The notes beneath the pieces are model-generated. The model saw only the letters and a list, made by a program, of their open reading frames with translations, had not been told where the DNA came from and ran no database searches. DNA of 64,000 nt from Felis catus. Its lineage: Eukaryota. Made by a program: the position numbers and the translations under genes. Position 1 is the stretch's first letter, and the number at the start of each line of letters is the position of its first letter. The stretch spans positions 62,558,001 through 62,622,000 of the forward strand of contig NC_058377.1 of NCBI RefSeq assembly GCF_018350175.1. The letters are read 5' to 3'. Positions 37,269 to 51,909 of this stretch are shown in pieces.

Positions 37269-40200
37269 TTTGCTATAAACTAGATGAAAGGATCACTGAA
37301 CTTTAATTTGTGACTGACTAGGGCTCTTTTTGAAAAAAATCAGAAATCTTCATCATATCTTCTGTTTCAGAACCACATTCTCGTTTTGCATGATGGTAAG
37401 CAAAATACTCAAAAGCACACCAGAGTGGAATATCAGAAAATGAGGATAGATATAGCTAAGAGTACAAGCAAAGCAACAATACCTGTTGCAATTTCTGTAA
37501 ATCTGGGCAATTTAGGTGAATCTGATCAGCTCTTGGTCTGAAGTTTGATACTGGCAAAGCAAAATTCTTGGGTCCTATAACACCTTGTGAAATACCTTAC
37601 TCCTGTGAGCATGAAAAAGTTTGCTTGTTTGTTTTTTTCAGCCTCTGTCTCTTAGTCCTAAAATATAATGGACAAAATATTTTGAAGTTGGGAAGACATT
37701 AAAATTCACCTGATCTTTCCCATTTATTTTATATATCTCCTTTATTTTACAAGTAAGAAAACCAAGGTCCAAATAAAGGCAGGAACTTGTGTGCATAAAA
37801 TGTATGCATATTTAGCAGCATTTTGATTATAAAAAGAGTAGATAACTCATATAAATCATATAGATCACTCATACAAATCATATAAATCCACAAACTCCTA
37901 GCTCTTGTAAAACATTTAGGTTGAAAATATTTTATGTATGTACATGAGGCTCAACCATTGGTCCCATATGGAGATATCTAGGAAAGTGGGAGAGAGAGCG
38001 AGTATCCTAGGATTGGTGTTGGTGATGACAGAAAGGAGACTACAGAAAGCCTAAGTACAGGAACAAGCAGAAGAGTAACAGAGTGAAACTGGTACAGTCC
38101 TCACCAGTGTGGTCCATCAGTAGTGAGTGGTAAAGATTGGCCAACTCCCTGGTCATCCATATCTATACCACATATAAACATACTAAAGACAGGGTTTATT
38201 CTGCAGTCAATGATATGAAGCAGTCTATAGCATGTATACAGACCGCTGGTTAAATCTATATATGATATTGGTAAAATTCAATGTAAAAGTAATAGTGTAC
38301 ATAATGTGGAATGGGATTCATTATAATGCTGGTCCTGAGATGGACCATGAGCAAACTGCTTAGACCTGGTTCAGTCCCTGTCCTAGGCTCCCTTCCCAGG
38401 GTACCTCTGTGCTTTGGAGTAGCTTCTTCAAAATTTTCTAAGTTTGTTTCTGGTACATGGGACTGGTTGGGGACGGCACTGCTGTCTGACAGGGTGCCCT
38501 GAGCCTAGATCCGGCTGAGCACATCAACCCAGTCCTCAATTCTCCTCTTTAGAGAACTCTGTGACTCTTTTTCTTGTACCCACCAGCTTGGAAAATCAGC
38601 CATTTGACTGAAGACGCTTTGTGACCTGTATCTATGGGGTTGTCCTGAGATCTCATGGCTAGGACCTGGGTTCAGTAGAGCGGCTTGGTGAGCAGATAAG
38701 ATTTTCTGGACAGCGAAGTTTCTCTTTCATGGAATTCCAGAAGATGAAGCCATCACAATAGTGCTGACATGCTGATTGGAGGTGACCCTCACTCATCACT
38801 TCCTGCAGACATAGGAGGAGTTCAGGGCTCTGATTTAACCATTGGTCCTCTTCTGAACCTTGGGCTTGAGTTATGTGTTAGAGCTGTTCACTGACTCCCA
38901 CCCATCTATGTTCAAACTTAGTGCTGCCTCCTAGCTACAACATCCAAGGGTGGCAGTGGGAGCAGCATATATCCTCTATCTCACTGCCTCCTCTACCATA
39001 GCATTGGTACCCAGAATGATTATCCCAACCCTTCCATAGGCTCCATACTACTCACCAGGTGTTCCTCCAAAAATGGTTGCATTTACCACTCCAGAGTCTT
39101 TTGAGAACACTGTTCTGCAATGTCATTAGGTACTTTCAATCTATGTCCTATTTTATCTCCAATTGATATGATGACATGCTGTCTTGAGCCAATGTTAAGT
39201 AATGTCAGATGAGGTAGGGGCATTCCTTGTATGAATGGGAAGGTTCTCACTCTACCCACATGCCTCACCTATACTCCAAGCTGGTGACACTGCATAAAAG
39301 GGAGCAATGCAATCAGAACTGAAAAAGATCACTTTCTAGATATACAGTGATTAGGGACTAAATATTTCAGGTGGCTAAAAGATGTGTTTTTCTAAATTAA
39401 TGTTATAAAATTCAAAAAAATAAATTTAACATGAACAGAAAAAAACTATCATGCACATTTTCCTGAATGATCTGGTTAAGCCTGACATTTATGGTCATCA
39501 CCAATGAAAGACAAGACAAACCTTTGAGAGATCATTAGAAGCTGCTATTCATAAGTAGTACAGTGAGTGGTGCAGCATCTTAAGTAATGGTGCAATTAGT
39601 ATTAAATAATTAGAATTGGAAATGCCAGAAGCAAGACAATCTATATTGTTTTGAAGAGCCATGGCATTGTAAGTAATAACAGTGTTAGTACCTTACCTTT
39701 GTGGCAGGAGAAATTAAATGGTCAGAATTGGTCTGTTTGACAGTTTAAAAAACGTGAATAGAAAGTTAATGTAAGGGAATAGAAAGAAGAAATTATCTGG
39801 AAACTATAAAGGATCTCCATGTGCAGTGATTGAACAACCAAGAATACATATATTTTCTACCCATTATCCTAAATCTTCATCAATAAATTATTATATATCA
39901 CATATGTACATGAATTTTATAATAAATTTATAGTCAAATTGTTAATATATTCAGGAGCCTTACAAAAATATTTGTCCAGGCACTGCACTCAGTGCAGGGC
40001 AAGTCCTGCACACATTTTTATATCTAGTCTTGGTTTGCCCAATTTCTAACTTCCTTTTGCACTCTTGTGATGGGTGTCAAAATAATAATGCGCTGGACCT
40101 GGAGCATGATCCCAATGTCTTGGGAATAATCTGTATGCAGTTTGACTATTGGTTTGTGGATGAAACTATACGTATGTGTATGAATGTACACATGCTTATG

Positions 40201-41914
40201 TTTGTGTTAAATGTGGCATAAATTTACTAGTGTCTGTGATTATTAAATGCATTTCCACATAGGCTTAATATTAAATATTTATGACATAAGAAGAAAAAAA
40301 TATACAAAAAATAAAAATAATTGAGGAAATGATGAAAAAAATACAATAACTTCCATGTTTAATGATATTTTATCAGATTAAATGTTTCAAGACAAAGCTG
40401 TTTTCTATAAACGTCCTCTGCCCTCCCAGTCACTCCTTCTTCTTGGGAATCCTTTATGCAACACCCAGTACTTTACAGAATATAGAAGCCAGTCTAGCTC
40501 ATTGAATATCAGTACTGTTTATCTTCAATACTGTTATCCACCAAGACCTTAGAAGCAGACATAACTCAATCTCACATAAAGAAGTAAACGTTCATGAAAT
40601 TTAAACCAGATACAATATCTTCTCATATCTGTTTCAAAATTGACCTACTAAGTGGTTTTTCGATCCATAGATCATGATAATTTAGTCAGAGCCTTGATAT
40701 TATCCTGCTTCAAAACAAAACAAAACAAAACAAAACCAAAAACACAAAAAAACACAAAAAAGCTCAACCAATCAAACAAACAAAAAAACCTTGTAAAAAA
40801 TCCAGATGCCTGCAGATCCTTCCATTTTCCACATGCCAAGTTTTAAGAAAATTTCCAACAATTTTCCCAAGTGGTTTCATGATTTTTACACCTGTACCAA
40901 CAAATATGAGGGTTCCAAGCACTACATTCTCACCATTTGGTCTTTTTGGTCTTTTGAATTTTAGCTACTCTAGTGAGCGAAAATCAGTATATCATTATAG
41001 CTTCAATTTCCATTTTCCCATGGCAAATAATGTTGTTCATATGTTAGCAGAAACCATTTTTTCAATCTTTTGTGAAATGTGTTAGTCTTTTCCAAGAACT
41101 ACAAAATAAACTACTTTGAGACATATTTCAGTGTAGTTCAAAAGTCTTTGAGAAAGTGGTGTTCAAATGAAAAATTGCTTATGTTAAAAGTAAAATAAGA
41201 CTAGTAAAATTATATATAGCATATGTAATATGAAATATCATATATTACATATGGTATATTATATAAAATAAAATTAAGTTTAAATAGAGGAATCTTCAGG
41301 AAAAGATAGGGCTGCCTGTTGGCTATATTAATCAGAGTTTTGGAAAAAGCGGTTGGCAAACACAAGCCGGGCCCCTTATATTACAACAAACTATTGGCAC
41401 AAGGAATGATAAGGATAGTGCAGGTGAGGATATGTACTTCTTGGCCTGAAGACAAGAAGTTGTTCTTGGAACTCAGAGACTCAGAGAGCATTATGAAAAA
41501 GGCTTCCTGATAGGAGCTGAGATTTGTTTTGAAGGACTCACCCAACCCATGATGACCTTCATGTCACCTGCAAGGAGAGAGCAGGTTGAAACCAGAATAT
41601 CCTGACTTTACTTCTGTCCTATCCTCTGATGGCACTTTCTATTTTTTGAACCCAACCAGATGCCAAAGGACAAGGGAGGATATGGATGCGGTGCATACTT
41701 GTGAGTACTCTAGGATACAGAATATGGAGTGCTCCTGGAGCAGCAAAGAGAAGATATCCAGCACATTGGCCCACATAAATGAAAAGCTGGAGGAAAATTC
41801 TGAACAAAATCTTCAAAGCCTGCATTCATATATATTTCCCTTTCAATTACCACTCTATATTCGTTTTTCAGGATTATATGTGTGTTATCAGATATTGTCT
41901 CTTTCTACTTCTTT

Positions 41915-43195
41915 TCAAATTTTTATTTAAAATATAGTGCACATACAGTGCACTACTGGTTTCAGAAATAGAATTCAGTGATTCATCATTTACATACAAC
42001 ATCCGGTGTTCATCATAACAAGTGTCCTCCCAAATACCCGTCACATCACCCATCTAGACACCCCCACCCACCTCCCTCCATCAACCCTCAGTTTGTCCTC
42101 CATCATTAAGAGTCTCTCATGGTTTGTTTCCCCTCTCTTTTTCCCCCCTACCCTATGTTCATCTGTTTTGTTTCTTAAATTCCATATATGAGTGAAATCA
42201 TAAGGTATTTTTCTTTTTCTGACTTATTTCACATAATACATCTAGCTCCATTCACATCATTGCAAATAGCAAGATTTCATTCTTTTGATCACTGAGTAAT
42301 ATTCCATTGTGTGTGTATATACAGAATAGAATACTGTGATTGATGTGTGTGTGTGTGTGTATACCACATCTTCTTTATCCATTTATCAGTTGATAGACAT
42401 TTGGGCTCTTTCCATAATTTGGCTACTGTTGATAGTGGTGCTATAAACAACAGGGTGCATGTGCCCTTCAAATCAGCACTATTATATCTTTTGGATAAAT
42501 ACCTAGTAGTGTAATTGCTGGGTCCTAGGGTAGTTCTATTTTTAACTTTCTGAGGAAACTTCATACTGTTTTACAGAGTGGCTGCCCCAGTTTGCATTCC
42601 CACCAACAGTGCAAAAGTGTTCCCCTTTATCCATATCTTTGCCAACATCTTGTTTCCTGAGTTGTTAATGTTAGCCATTCTGACAGGTGTGAGGTGGTGT
42701 CTCATTGTGGTTTTGACTTGTATTTTCCTGATGATGAGTGATTTTGAGCATCTTTTCATATGTCTGTTAGCCATCTGAATGCCTTTTATTTTTTTGTTGT
42801 CTGATTGTTGAGGCTAAGACTTCTATGCTAAATAGTAATGGTGAGAGTGGACATTCCTGTCTTGTTCCTGGCCATATAGTAAAGGCTCTTAGTTTTTCCT
42901 CATTGAGGATGGCATTAGCTGTGAGTCTTTCATATATGGCCTTTACAATGTTGAGGTATGTTCTATCTACCCCTACTTTGTTGAGGGTTTTTATCAAGAA
43001 TGGATGCTATATTTCATCAAATGCTTTTTTTGCATCTATTTACAAGACCATATGGTACTTATCCTTTCTTTTATTAATGTGGTGTATCACTTTGATTGGT
43101 TTGTGAATATTGACTCATCCCCGAAGCCCAGGAATAAATTCCACTTGATCATGGTGAATAATTCTTTTAATATACTATTGAATTTGATTTGCTGA
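41915..43195 (-). mobile_element. Carnivore L1 3' end with internal deletion near 42790
   Basis: ORF2 remnants ([25 protein letters not shown]; [25 protein letters not shown]) plus 3' UTR. Confidence 0.92.
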
Positions 43196-43634
43196 TACTC
43201 TCTCTTATTGTTCTCAGGGTTCCCTTAGAAGAGATTTAAATTTCCTTTTATGCTTTTAGCAAGACCAAGAGTTATGCAAAATAATGCTGATTTAAAAAAA
43301 AAATCATGTGGCCTAATACACTTTGAAATCAAATATGGTATGTTTACCTTAAGGGTTAAAATAAAAAAAAAAAGAAGGAATGAAATAATCATGTAATTGC
43401 CACCCATGTTCTATGTTTGTGTTCCTAGGTATTCCCACATAATTTCAGTACCACAGTGAAATTTAAAATGTAGGTAGGAGGCGTTAAGCCTCTGACTGGC
43501 TAGTGAGCTGGGACCTGTTTGAGGACAGTACTTGATGGAGGATGCAGATTGCTTATCATCTGTAACTAGAAGGTATTTCTGACCAGGAAACATAGAGCTC
43601 TACCTCAAGGATATGGAAATTTTCCGTCCCATAC

Positions 43635-43797
43635 TCCAGGCCCAGGGACATGGCCCATTGTGAGAGGCCCTTCTCAGGGGACTAGGCTCTTATATAACTC
43701 CTTGGCTCTGGCTATTGAGACTCAGTCACACGCAGCTTGCAGTCTGTGACATCCAGACTGCAATGACTTCTCAGATGCTGGGCAGAGGTAGGTGAGT
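43635..43797 (+). promoter_or_regulatory. Candidate promoter and non-coding exon 1, probably of the OR52E5-like gene
   Basis: O/E-like CCCAGGGA 43641-43648 and TTCTCAGGGGA 43671-43681, TATATAA 43691-43697, donors GTAGGT 43788 and GTGAGT 43792. Acceptor TTTCTGTTTCTCCAG ends at 51815. Confidence 0.55.
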
Positions 43798-45389
43798 CAG
43801 CTCCTGTATATGCTGGAAGAGGGTTCACAATGGCAGTAACAAAAGTGTTCGTGTGATGAGGGAGGTCTGCTGGCTCAGCCAGAGTCTCTGTAGCTGGGGC
43901 CATCTCCAAGTGGTGCAGCAAGAGAGAGAAGTTGTGGTGAGAACAACATGGATTCTTAGCTACACATCAGTCATTCCCACAGAATGACACTGCGAAACAC
44001 TCACTAATAAATAATAAATAATAAACTGGTATCAACAAACCCAGGATCCCTATATGTATATACAAACATATAACAAAGAATGTCATATTCAAACATGAAG
44101 GAAACTATCAATGGTAACTCTCATTAGCTGGCCCAAATGAAATCTTTCCTTCTCTGCATCCTTCTATATTGTCATCTCGGAAGCGAATCTCTTACACTGG
44201 GCACAGCTATCCTAGTGAGAGAAGGCTACAGCATATCTAAGAAAGGGGAACAGATAGGTTGAAAGATGGAAAGCCTGGGAACCTGCTACAGAGGTTATTT
44301 AATTCTGCTGCAAAGAATGGAAGCCAGTCTAGTAGAAGTCCAATAGTTTACCAGAAATTTGAATGTCTGAAAGGAAAGAGAGAGGTTCAGAAAAGGAGAA
44401 GAAGAGAGAGCCCCAGAGGGTTATGTGAAGATAAAGTTAGGAAATATACATAGAAGTGCTTATTACACAGAAAAAAATCAGTAAATGGGGAAGATGACTA
44501 TGTAAGTAATCATAATGCTTACAATAGAGGCAATGATCTAAACAGACAATAATTTTTGCCAGTTATGAAAAGCATATTGACTGGGGACATTGTGAACCTA
44601 TAGTATATTTAGAATACCAAAGCACCTTTTGGGAAGTTTCCCTATAAAGACTGGTAAATAATGGAAGGATAACTATGACAGTAGAAAGCAAAATACTGGA
44701 ATTAGTCGAATTTAAGATCAATGAAATTGGAGACTTCAAATGCATCCCTGCTGCATGCCCACATTTGGAATAATACTTGGCAAATAGTAAGCACTCTATA
44801 AATATTAATCAAATGAATTAAAAGATTCATAACTGAGAACTTCTATAATAGATTAAGGCAGAGGGTGGTAGTAATGGTAAGTTTACAGATGATAATAAGT
44901 ACAGAAGGTGAAAAAGTTATTGGGAGAAGTTATTAGAACATGTAACAATCTATAAGATTTTAGAGCCTTGATACATGAGCTTAATCTTTTATTGCAAGAA
45001 TAATATAACAAACCCAATGAAGTGAAATAACCTCCATTCCCCTGCTCACCCTAAGTTACACCATGAGAAGTGAACAGAGGACATCTCAAACTGTTTATGA
45101 GCCCTCAATCCCTCTCCCCTGGTTCTGCACAGAGTCCCTTGCTCCTTTCTCTTAGAATGTGAATCACTGCTTCTCAATCACATTTTATTAACAGGATTAT
45201 ATCGATTAGATATATGTTTTTCAAAAGAAAAAAATACTGAGGGCCATTGGTGAAGAGAGATAAATTATAGAAAAAGTTAAGATAAAATATTATGGAAGTC
45301 TTAATTTACTCAATTATTGTAAACAGGAAGAAAAGTTAAATTTGACAGCTATTTCCGAAGACTAACCCTATTAAATTGTTATAAAGTTG

Positions 45390-46550
45390 ACCTACTGCAA
45401 TGCTTCTCCATCACTAATAGAATGGTACAGGATAACATCATCTCCAACCTGGATGTTTGTGATAAGTTTTTAACTGATCTGATTACAAATGCACTTCTTG
45501 CCCTGAATACATTTTGACAGTGAACCAGAGTGATTTTTTTGAAATATAAATTGCATCATGTTACACTGTACCTTATAATCTTACAGTGTCTTCTCATTGC
45601 TTCTAGTATGAAGAGAAAATTCCTTAAAATTAACCATAAGTACCTACACAATCCCATCCCTCAGTTTTTGCACTTCCTGTTCCCATTAACTAGAAGTATT
45701 CTTCTCCACTCATTCCTCTCTTCCACTTACTGTTACTAGACTCTTATCTTTCAGCTATCAATGTAGTTAACACTTCTTCAGGAAAGCATTCCCCATGAAC
45801 TCTGGTCAGGTTAAATGAGCTTTAGTATACAGTGACTCTTCTTTGTAGCCCAGTTGTTACTTTACACTATTTAAATGTATTTGGTTAAGGTTGGTCTCTC
45901 TCACTAGACTAAATGATCCTGAGAAGAGGGCCTGGATTTGATTGAATTTGCCCACACAGTACTTTAAACACTAAGACTAGGCACCTAGTGGTTGCCCAAT
46001 TACAGTTAACTGTGTTTAAATGGAGAATTTCCAGGATTTAATGCCTGTTTGGATGTGAAGCATGAAGGAATATAGAGAAGAGAAAAGTATAGATGATGTC
46101 TCCAAGGTTTCTTGCCTGGGATACTGTGTATATAACACCATCAACTAAAATTCAGGAAAATGGAGAAATGGTTTCGGAGTAAAGATGATCAACCTACTAC
46201 AGAACTTGGTGGATAAGATGTGCCTTAGTTATAATCGAAGCAGACATTCTGTAAAAGTATTTGGAGATGTATAGTGAACTGTGAAAGAAATATTCTAGAA
46301 ACGTATTTTGAGAAGCACCAGAGAAAAAATGTAGTGCTTACAGTTAGGAAAGTGAATGGAATCATTCTCAGGAGGCACCTGGGTGAGTAGAGACTGCAGA
46401 CAAGGACAGAACACTACTTAAAAGAAAGATAAAGGAAGACAAGAGTAAGCACATTTCAAAAAGTATTCTGAGAGTTAGATGAAAAACACAAAGAAATGTT
46501 TTAAAAGCCAAGAGAGACTTCTTGAAGAAGATCTCATGGAAATGAGGACA
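45390..46550. mobile_element. L2 fragments in both orientations
   Basis: CATCATCTCCAACCTGGA, GACTAGGCACCTAGTGG and GTCTCCAAGGTTTCTTGCCTGGG are L2-like; boundaries approximate. Confidence 0.6.
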
Positions 46551-47055
46551 TTAATAGATGACGAATTTACCATTCCCTGGTTGTAGGCATGCCACAGCCA
46601 GTTATCTTTAGTTATTTCTAGTCTCCAGGTAACAGAAAAGCTGGAGTTATAATGACTGTGTGAGATTCAGTCTGAAGCCCAGAAAAAAAACGAAATCAGA
46701 GCATGTATTCTCAAGTGACAGTTACTTAGAGTGAACTTAGATCTATAAGCTTTTCTGTAGTACACTAAAGTGTGTGTGTGTGTGCATGTGTGTGTGTGTG
46801 TGCATGTGCCTGCATTGGAAGTGGGGATTATGTCTGATGCATCTCAGAAAGGTTGTTTTATTGAACTAGGAATAAACATGAATTTTATTCAAAGCCACAG
46901 AGCGTAGCAAATTAATGTTTTGCCCCAACCATAGAGTTACAGAGAATATTTGCAAGTAGAGAAAGTAGACAGAGTGAGATGTGAGGTTTAAATGAAGAAA
47001 AATAAATAAGGAAAGAATGTTTCCCAAGACTAAAGGATAAGATAAGGCCAAGGGA

Positions 47056-47503
47056 GAACAGAGACACAATGCCATCTGTAGCATGTACTATCGTATCTCT
47101 CCCAAATCTGCTTTTTAGGACGTACCCATCTATCCCTCGGCTGCTGGGGATATCAGATTCTGAGAGCTCACATCTGCACCCCGCCCTGGAAAGAACTACC
47201 TCATCCAAAGTTGTGCCCCATCACACAGGGTGGTCCATGGTCAATGACTAGATACCACGGGAATACAAATAACTGACTTCCTTGCCTCATGGTGGGATAA
47301 TTTAGAAGGGCTATTCCAGCTCCAAAGCTTCCCATTTTATCATGGGAGGTATCAGATGCAACCTCACAAAAGGTCAGTTTCTCCTTTGAACAGATCCTAC
47401 CTTATTGACATTTTCACAAGTATGTTTCCCCAGAAAACTCAAAATTCCTTCTGCACACCATTCTATATCCCAGTTCTGTTCCTATGGAATTTAATCTAAG
47501 ACA
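47056..47503 (+). mobile_element. LTR16-like ERVL LTR
   Basis: CTTGCCTCATGGTGGGATAA...CCAGCTCCAAAGCTTCCC; ends AATCTAAGACA. Confidence 0.55.
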
Positions 47504-47676
47504 CTGTATATAACAGGAAAGATTGTTATTTCTACTCTATTTTCATTTGTTAATTATTGCTTGCCACTAATTAATGACCACAGCCTGTCACTGTATAAAG
47601 TATCATGATATCATGGAGATAAATCTGACACTGGCTTTGATGCCAAGGAAATTATACCCTAGTGGTAGATATCTAC

Positions 47677-47858
47677 CAGTTTCTCAAGCTGGAATGAGCA
47701 TCAGAATCACCTGCTGGGTTTATTCGCAGATTATTGGACCTCACCCCCAGAGTTACTGGTTAGGTGGATTTGGAATATTGTCTAAGAATTTGCGTTTATA
47801 ACAAATTACCACATGATGCTGATACTCCTGGACTAGGGACACACTTTGAGGACCAGTG
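47677..47858. mobile_element. MER5A hAT MITE
   Basis: CAGTTTCTCAAG...GCATCAGAATCACCTG...GACACACTTTGAGGACCAGTG with terminal inverted repeats. Confidence 0.8.
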
Positions 47859-48207
47859 ATAACTAACATAACAGAGAGATAGATAGACTTCTGGAAAAAA
47901 ATAACAAAAAGTATAAGTAATCCTGAAATAAGTCAATTAGGGAAGGCACTGTGGATGGTATATCATTAAATCTGGGCTAAGAACTATTTTGTTGATTGGA
48001 GCTTGTAGAGAAGATTTCCTCATTGGAAGAAATAAGAAGACATGAAGAAGAAAGTATTCAGAAAGTATGAAGTTCAATTTAACCGAAGTGTAGAGGTAAG
48101 ACTATATAGGTGGGTCATAATTAGTGTTTAAGAGTCTTTGGTGTCATTTTATAAAGTATTGACTTTTTTTCACATAAGGCACTATTGCTGGTTTTATTCC
48201 TGTATGT

Positions 48208-48410
48208 CAGAGTTGGCAAACTTTCTCTATAAAGGGAGAAAGAATACATATGTTTAGCTTTGCTGGCCAGTAGTTCTTGAGCATGACTGCTCAACTCTGC
48301 CACTGTAAGGTGGAAACAGCCATAGAAAACATGCAAATTAACAAGAATGTTTGTGTTCCAAAATATCTCTATTTACAAATGCAGATGGTGGGCCAGATTT
48401 GGCTCATAGC
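48208..48410. mobile_element. MER58A-like hAT element
   Basis: CAGAGTTGGCAAACTTTCTCTATAAAGG...GGCCAGATTTGGC. Confidence 0.75.
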
Positions 48411-49070
48411 TCAGAGAATGGAGATTTCACTTGCTTATGATAATGAATCTGATAAAAATAAAATTTTTATTTTATTGGCACATTCACTAAAAAGGAGAAG
48501 CTAGCTTACACTTTGAGTCTGGAAATGATTTTTTTCACTCACAGGAGAATCTACACAATTTTTCAGTTGTTCAGCTTAATTATGACAAGAGCATTTAAGT
48601 CATTGTGAGACAATTGGTTAATTGTGACAATGTTAGTGAATACATACAAGAAGTTTATAACTTCAAGTGAACAATATAACTCTTCAGAGCTAACATTTTA
48701 GAAAACGTAATTCCTGTAACAAACACATGATCTTAAGGTTAGAAATAACAGCCATCAAGTTGGAAGCTGCATATCACAGAAGAACCTGTGTTTATAGTCA
48801 CGGAACTGGTGAATATATAAAATAAACTTGAACACAAACTTTGTTCCTTTTGCTAATTCTTTCCCATTGAATTCTTATTTCCACCAAATTTAGGTATTCC
48901 ATATTCTGTCCTAGTTCACTGACAGATTAAATCATTTAGCCCTGAAGTTTAAGTTTCGTGCCAATGAGATGTTGTCTATAGTTTCCTAGTTAATACTATT
49001 GTGATTTATTATAACCTCTATTTTTCTTTTATCTTTCAAAATGGCCATGAACAAATTAAGTATTTTAAAT

Positions 49071-49288
49071 GGTTTTTTTAATGTTTATTTATTTTTGAGA
49101 GACAGAGAGAGACAGAGCACAACTGGTGGAGTGGCAGAGAGATAGGGAGACACAGAATCCAAAGCAGGTTTCAGGCTCTGAGCTGTCAGCACAGAGCCTG
49201 ACACAGGGCTCAAACTCTGAATGGCAAGATTATGACCTGAGCCGAAGTGAGACAGACGCCCAACCGACCAAGCCACCCAGGAGCCCCA
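49071..49288 (-). mobile_element. SINEC_Fc-type SINE
   Basis: TSD AATTAAGTATTTTAAA on both sides. Confidence 0.95.
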
Positions 49289-50232
49289 GGAATTAAGTAT
49301 TTTAAACTAGTAATAATTATATCCCACAAGTAGGGGTGTGATTATCATATTGGTATTTATCATCAGTCCCTCTAGAAGCAGTAGATGGGAGGAAACACAA
49401 AAACTGAAAAACCAAGTAAGACAATTTGGTAATAGATCAGTTTCACAATGTTGGTCAGCCAAGGTATATTGGCGAAAATAAAAATAGAAAAATAGGGAAA
49501 AAATGAAGATAAAAACATAAATAGTATAAATTTCAAAAACAGAGCCAACAGTGCTTAATAATTAATTAGAAGAAATAATTATGATGAATAAATTATTCAT
49601 AGTTTTCAACTATTTGTTACTGAAAAGATACTACACATTAATAGAAATAAGTACATTGCCTGAGAAATAATAGGGAATTCATGGCAGGAAGTGGCAAATG
49701 GAATGGAAAGAGGTGGTCTCAGGAAATATTTCTCCTTCTTCTCCTCAGTGCTGACATTTACATAGAATCTCTACGCAGGGCAGAGTAGCAGCATCACGTG
49801 TCTACAACTTTGAATTCTCAGACCAGCCCACATGATCCGTGTTGTCACTCCCAATTTCCAAGTTTTACAATTTGATGATTAATAGAAGCAATTATTAATT
49901 TGGATATAGTTTTTAATCCTTTTGCCTGAACTCCATTTACCCTCTCTTTAAATGGGGACAATAGTGGTACTGATCTCAGACCTGTTTTAACCTTTATGCA
50001 TAATAATACTTGCAAAGTACTGAGCAAGTACTTGGTGCATAATGTAGAGCTAGACTTTTTCATCATAACACAACCTGAGTTATTTTTCTTCTTATTAGAA
50101 AGGAAAATGAAAAGAATTCTCTGACATATTAAAGGGTGCATAGAAAGGTGAATCTAGTTAAATGTAATAGGTGGGGCGGAAGGTGTGGATATTGATTTTC
50201 ATGGGATCAGACCCAATTAGAAGGAAAAAACT

Positions 50233-50414
50233 GGAGGCACCTAGGTGGCTCAGTTGGTTAATCGTCCAACTTCGGCTCAGGTCATGATCTGGCAGTTCAT
50301 GAGTTTGAGCCCTGTGTTGGGCTCTGTGCTGACAGCTCAGAGTCTGGAGCCTGCTTCAGATTCTGTCTCCCTCTCTCTCTGCCCCTCCCCCACTCATGTG
50401 CCCCTCCCCCACTC

Positions 50415-50455
<41 letters not shown>

Positions 50456-50512
50456 TCTCCCTCTCTCCATCTCTCCCTCTCTCAAAAATAAAATAAAAAC
50501 ATTTTTTAAAAA
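50233..50512 (+). mobile_element. SINEC_Fc-type SINE with expanded CT tract
   Basis: Typical head; internal duplication of GCCCCTCCCCCACTCATGT. Confidence 0.93.
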
Positions 50513-51513
50513 AGTAGGAAAAGACTGGACCAACACAATCCAGAGAGTGAACACCTCATAATGTATTTTCCCTCCTCCAGTAGGATTATAGCACATCTTT
50601 GAAAGCAACTGCACAGTACATTATTTTTAAAAATTAGACACAGTATGAGCAAATCCCAATCTAAATGAGATATCATTATACCTCCAAAGCAGTTTTTGAG
50701 GCCTCTGTTAAAGCCACGTCATGGGAATTTCTGTAAAATTGGTACCACCATATCAGAACTCATTGCACTCTCAAAGGAACATCAAGGCAAAACATATGGC
50801 ACTGCCTTAGATGTAGCACTGCCCACACTCAACAAGCCCAGTCACTGTAGGTATTTCACCCATGCCCCAGAGCACCCCACAGAACACACCCTGTAACAGA
50901 ACAGTTTCTAATGGTTGGGCACATCCAAGAATCCCACAGCTCCACCATGTTACAGGTTACACACACAGGGCCAGTTACAACACAGACTCAACCACAAGGC
51001 ACACCAGATAGAGTCCATTTTTAGAGTAAATAAGCCTGATGCCAGCTTCAACACATTAGCTTCCATCACTATATAAGGGAAACTAGCTAAAGCACTGATA
51101 TAACTTAACCTGTTCCCAAATGCAGGCAAGTATCTGGCCTTGGTACTGCTCTAACTGTAAAAAAAGATAGACATATTGTCACTATCCAGGCAACATGAAG
51201 GATTATCCATTAATACAATGCATCATGAAGAAGGCAGAAAAGAAGATCAAAAATCACAAAAGGCTCTTCAAAATATCTGGGAACAACCAGTGTTAAACTG
51301 TTTAGGAATGTGAATGTGATTTAACCTATTGAATGATAAGACTTTGTAGTCCTAGGAGGGGTATTACTTTGCTTGAATTACATAATAGTCTCCCAATGTG
51401 TCTAAATTTCTTAATCCATTCCTTAGCTCAGATCTAAGCACCAGCTATCCAGTCCCTTTATTTTGCAAGTATCATTCCCCTGAACCATTCATCTCATTCC
51501 CAGTCCTGTGATA

Positions 51514-51554
<41 letters not shown>

Positions 51555-51909
51555 ATCTTGTTTATACTTTACATCCTTGTTTATGATTAACAGACAAAAC
51601 TGATAATAAATATTTGCATATGCAGATTCTTCCTTACACATGGAAGGGAAGAAACATGCAGGACTGCTGTATTTGGAAATTTTTTACATGGTTTTCTATG
51701 TAGATGAGGCAAATACTTTGAAGTAAGAGTGCCTTTTTAACTGTGCCTCGCATTGCCTCTTTAGGCTTCCTCTGCTGTATTATGGAATTAAAGAATGGAT
51801 TTTCTGTTTCTCCAGAAAGTAGGCAACATGCTATGAAAGAGGTTAGGGTCTCTCCCTGGAAGCGAGAAAACTCCTGCAAGAAATGAGTCTATAACCAACT
51901 CCCACCAAT

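Noticed and set aside
38300-39340. More GC-rich block that could be an exon or ERV remnant
   Set aside because: No ORF, OR motif or repeat family I can recognise; needs a Dfam or BLAST search.
44174-44184. ATCTCGGAAGC, matching 5S rRNA
   Set aside because: Only 11 nt, with no flanking similarity or TSD; chance match.
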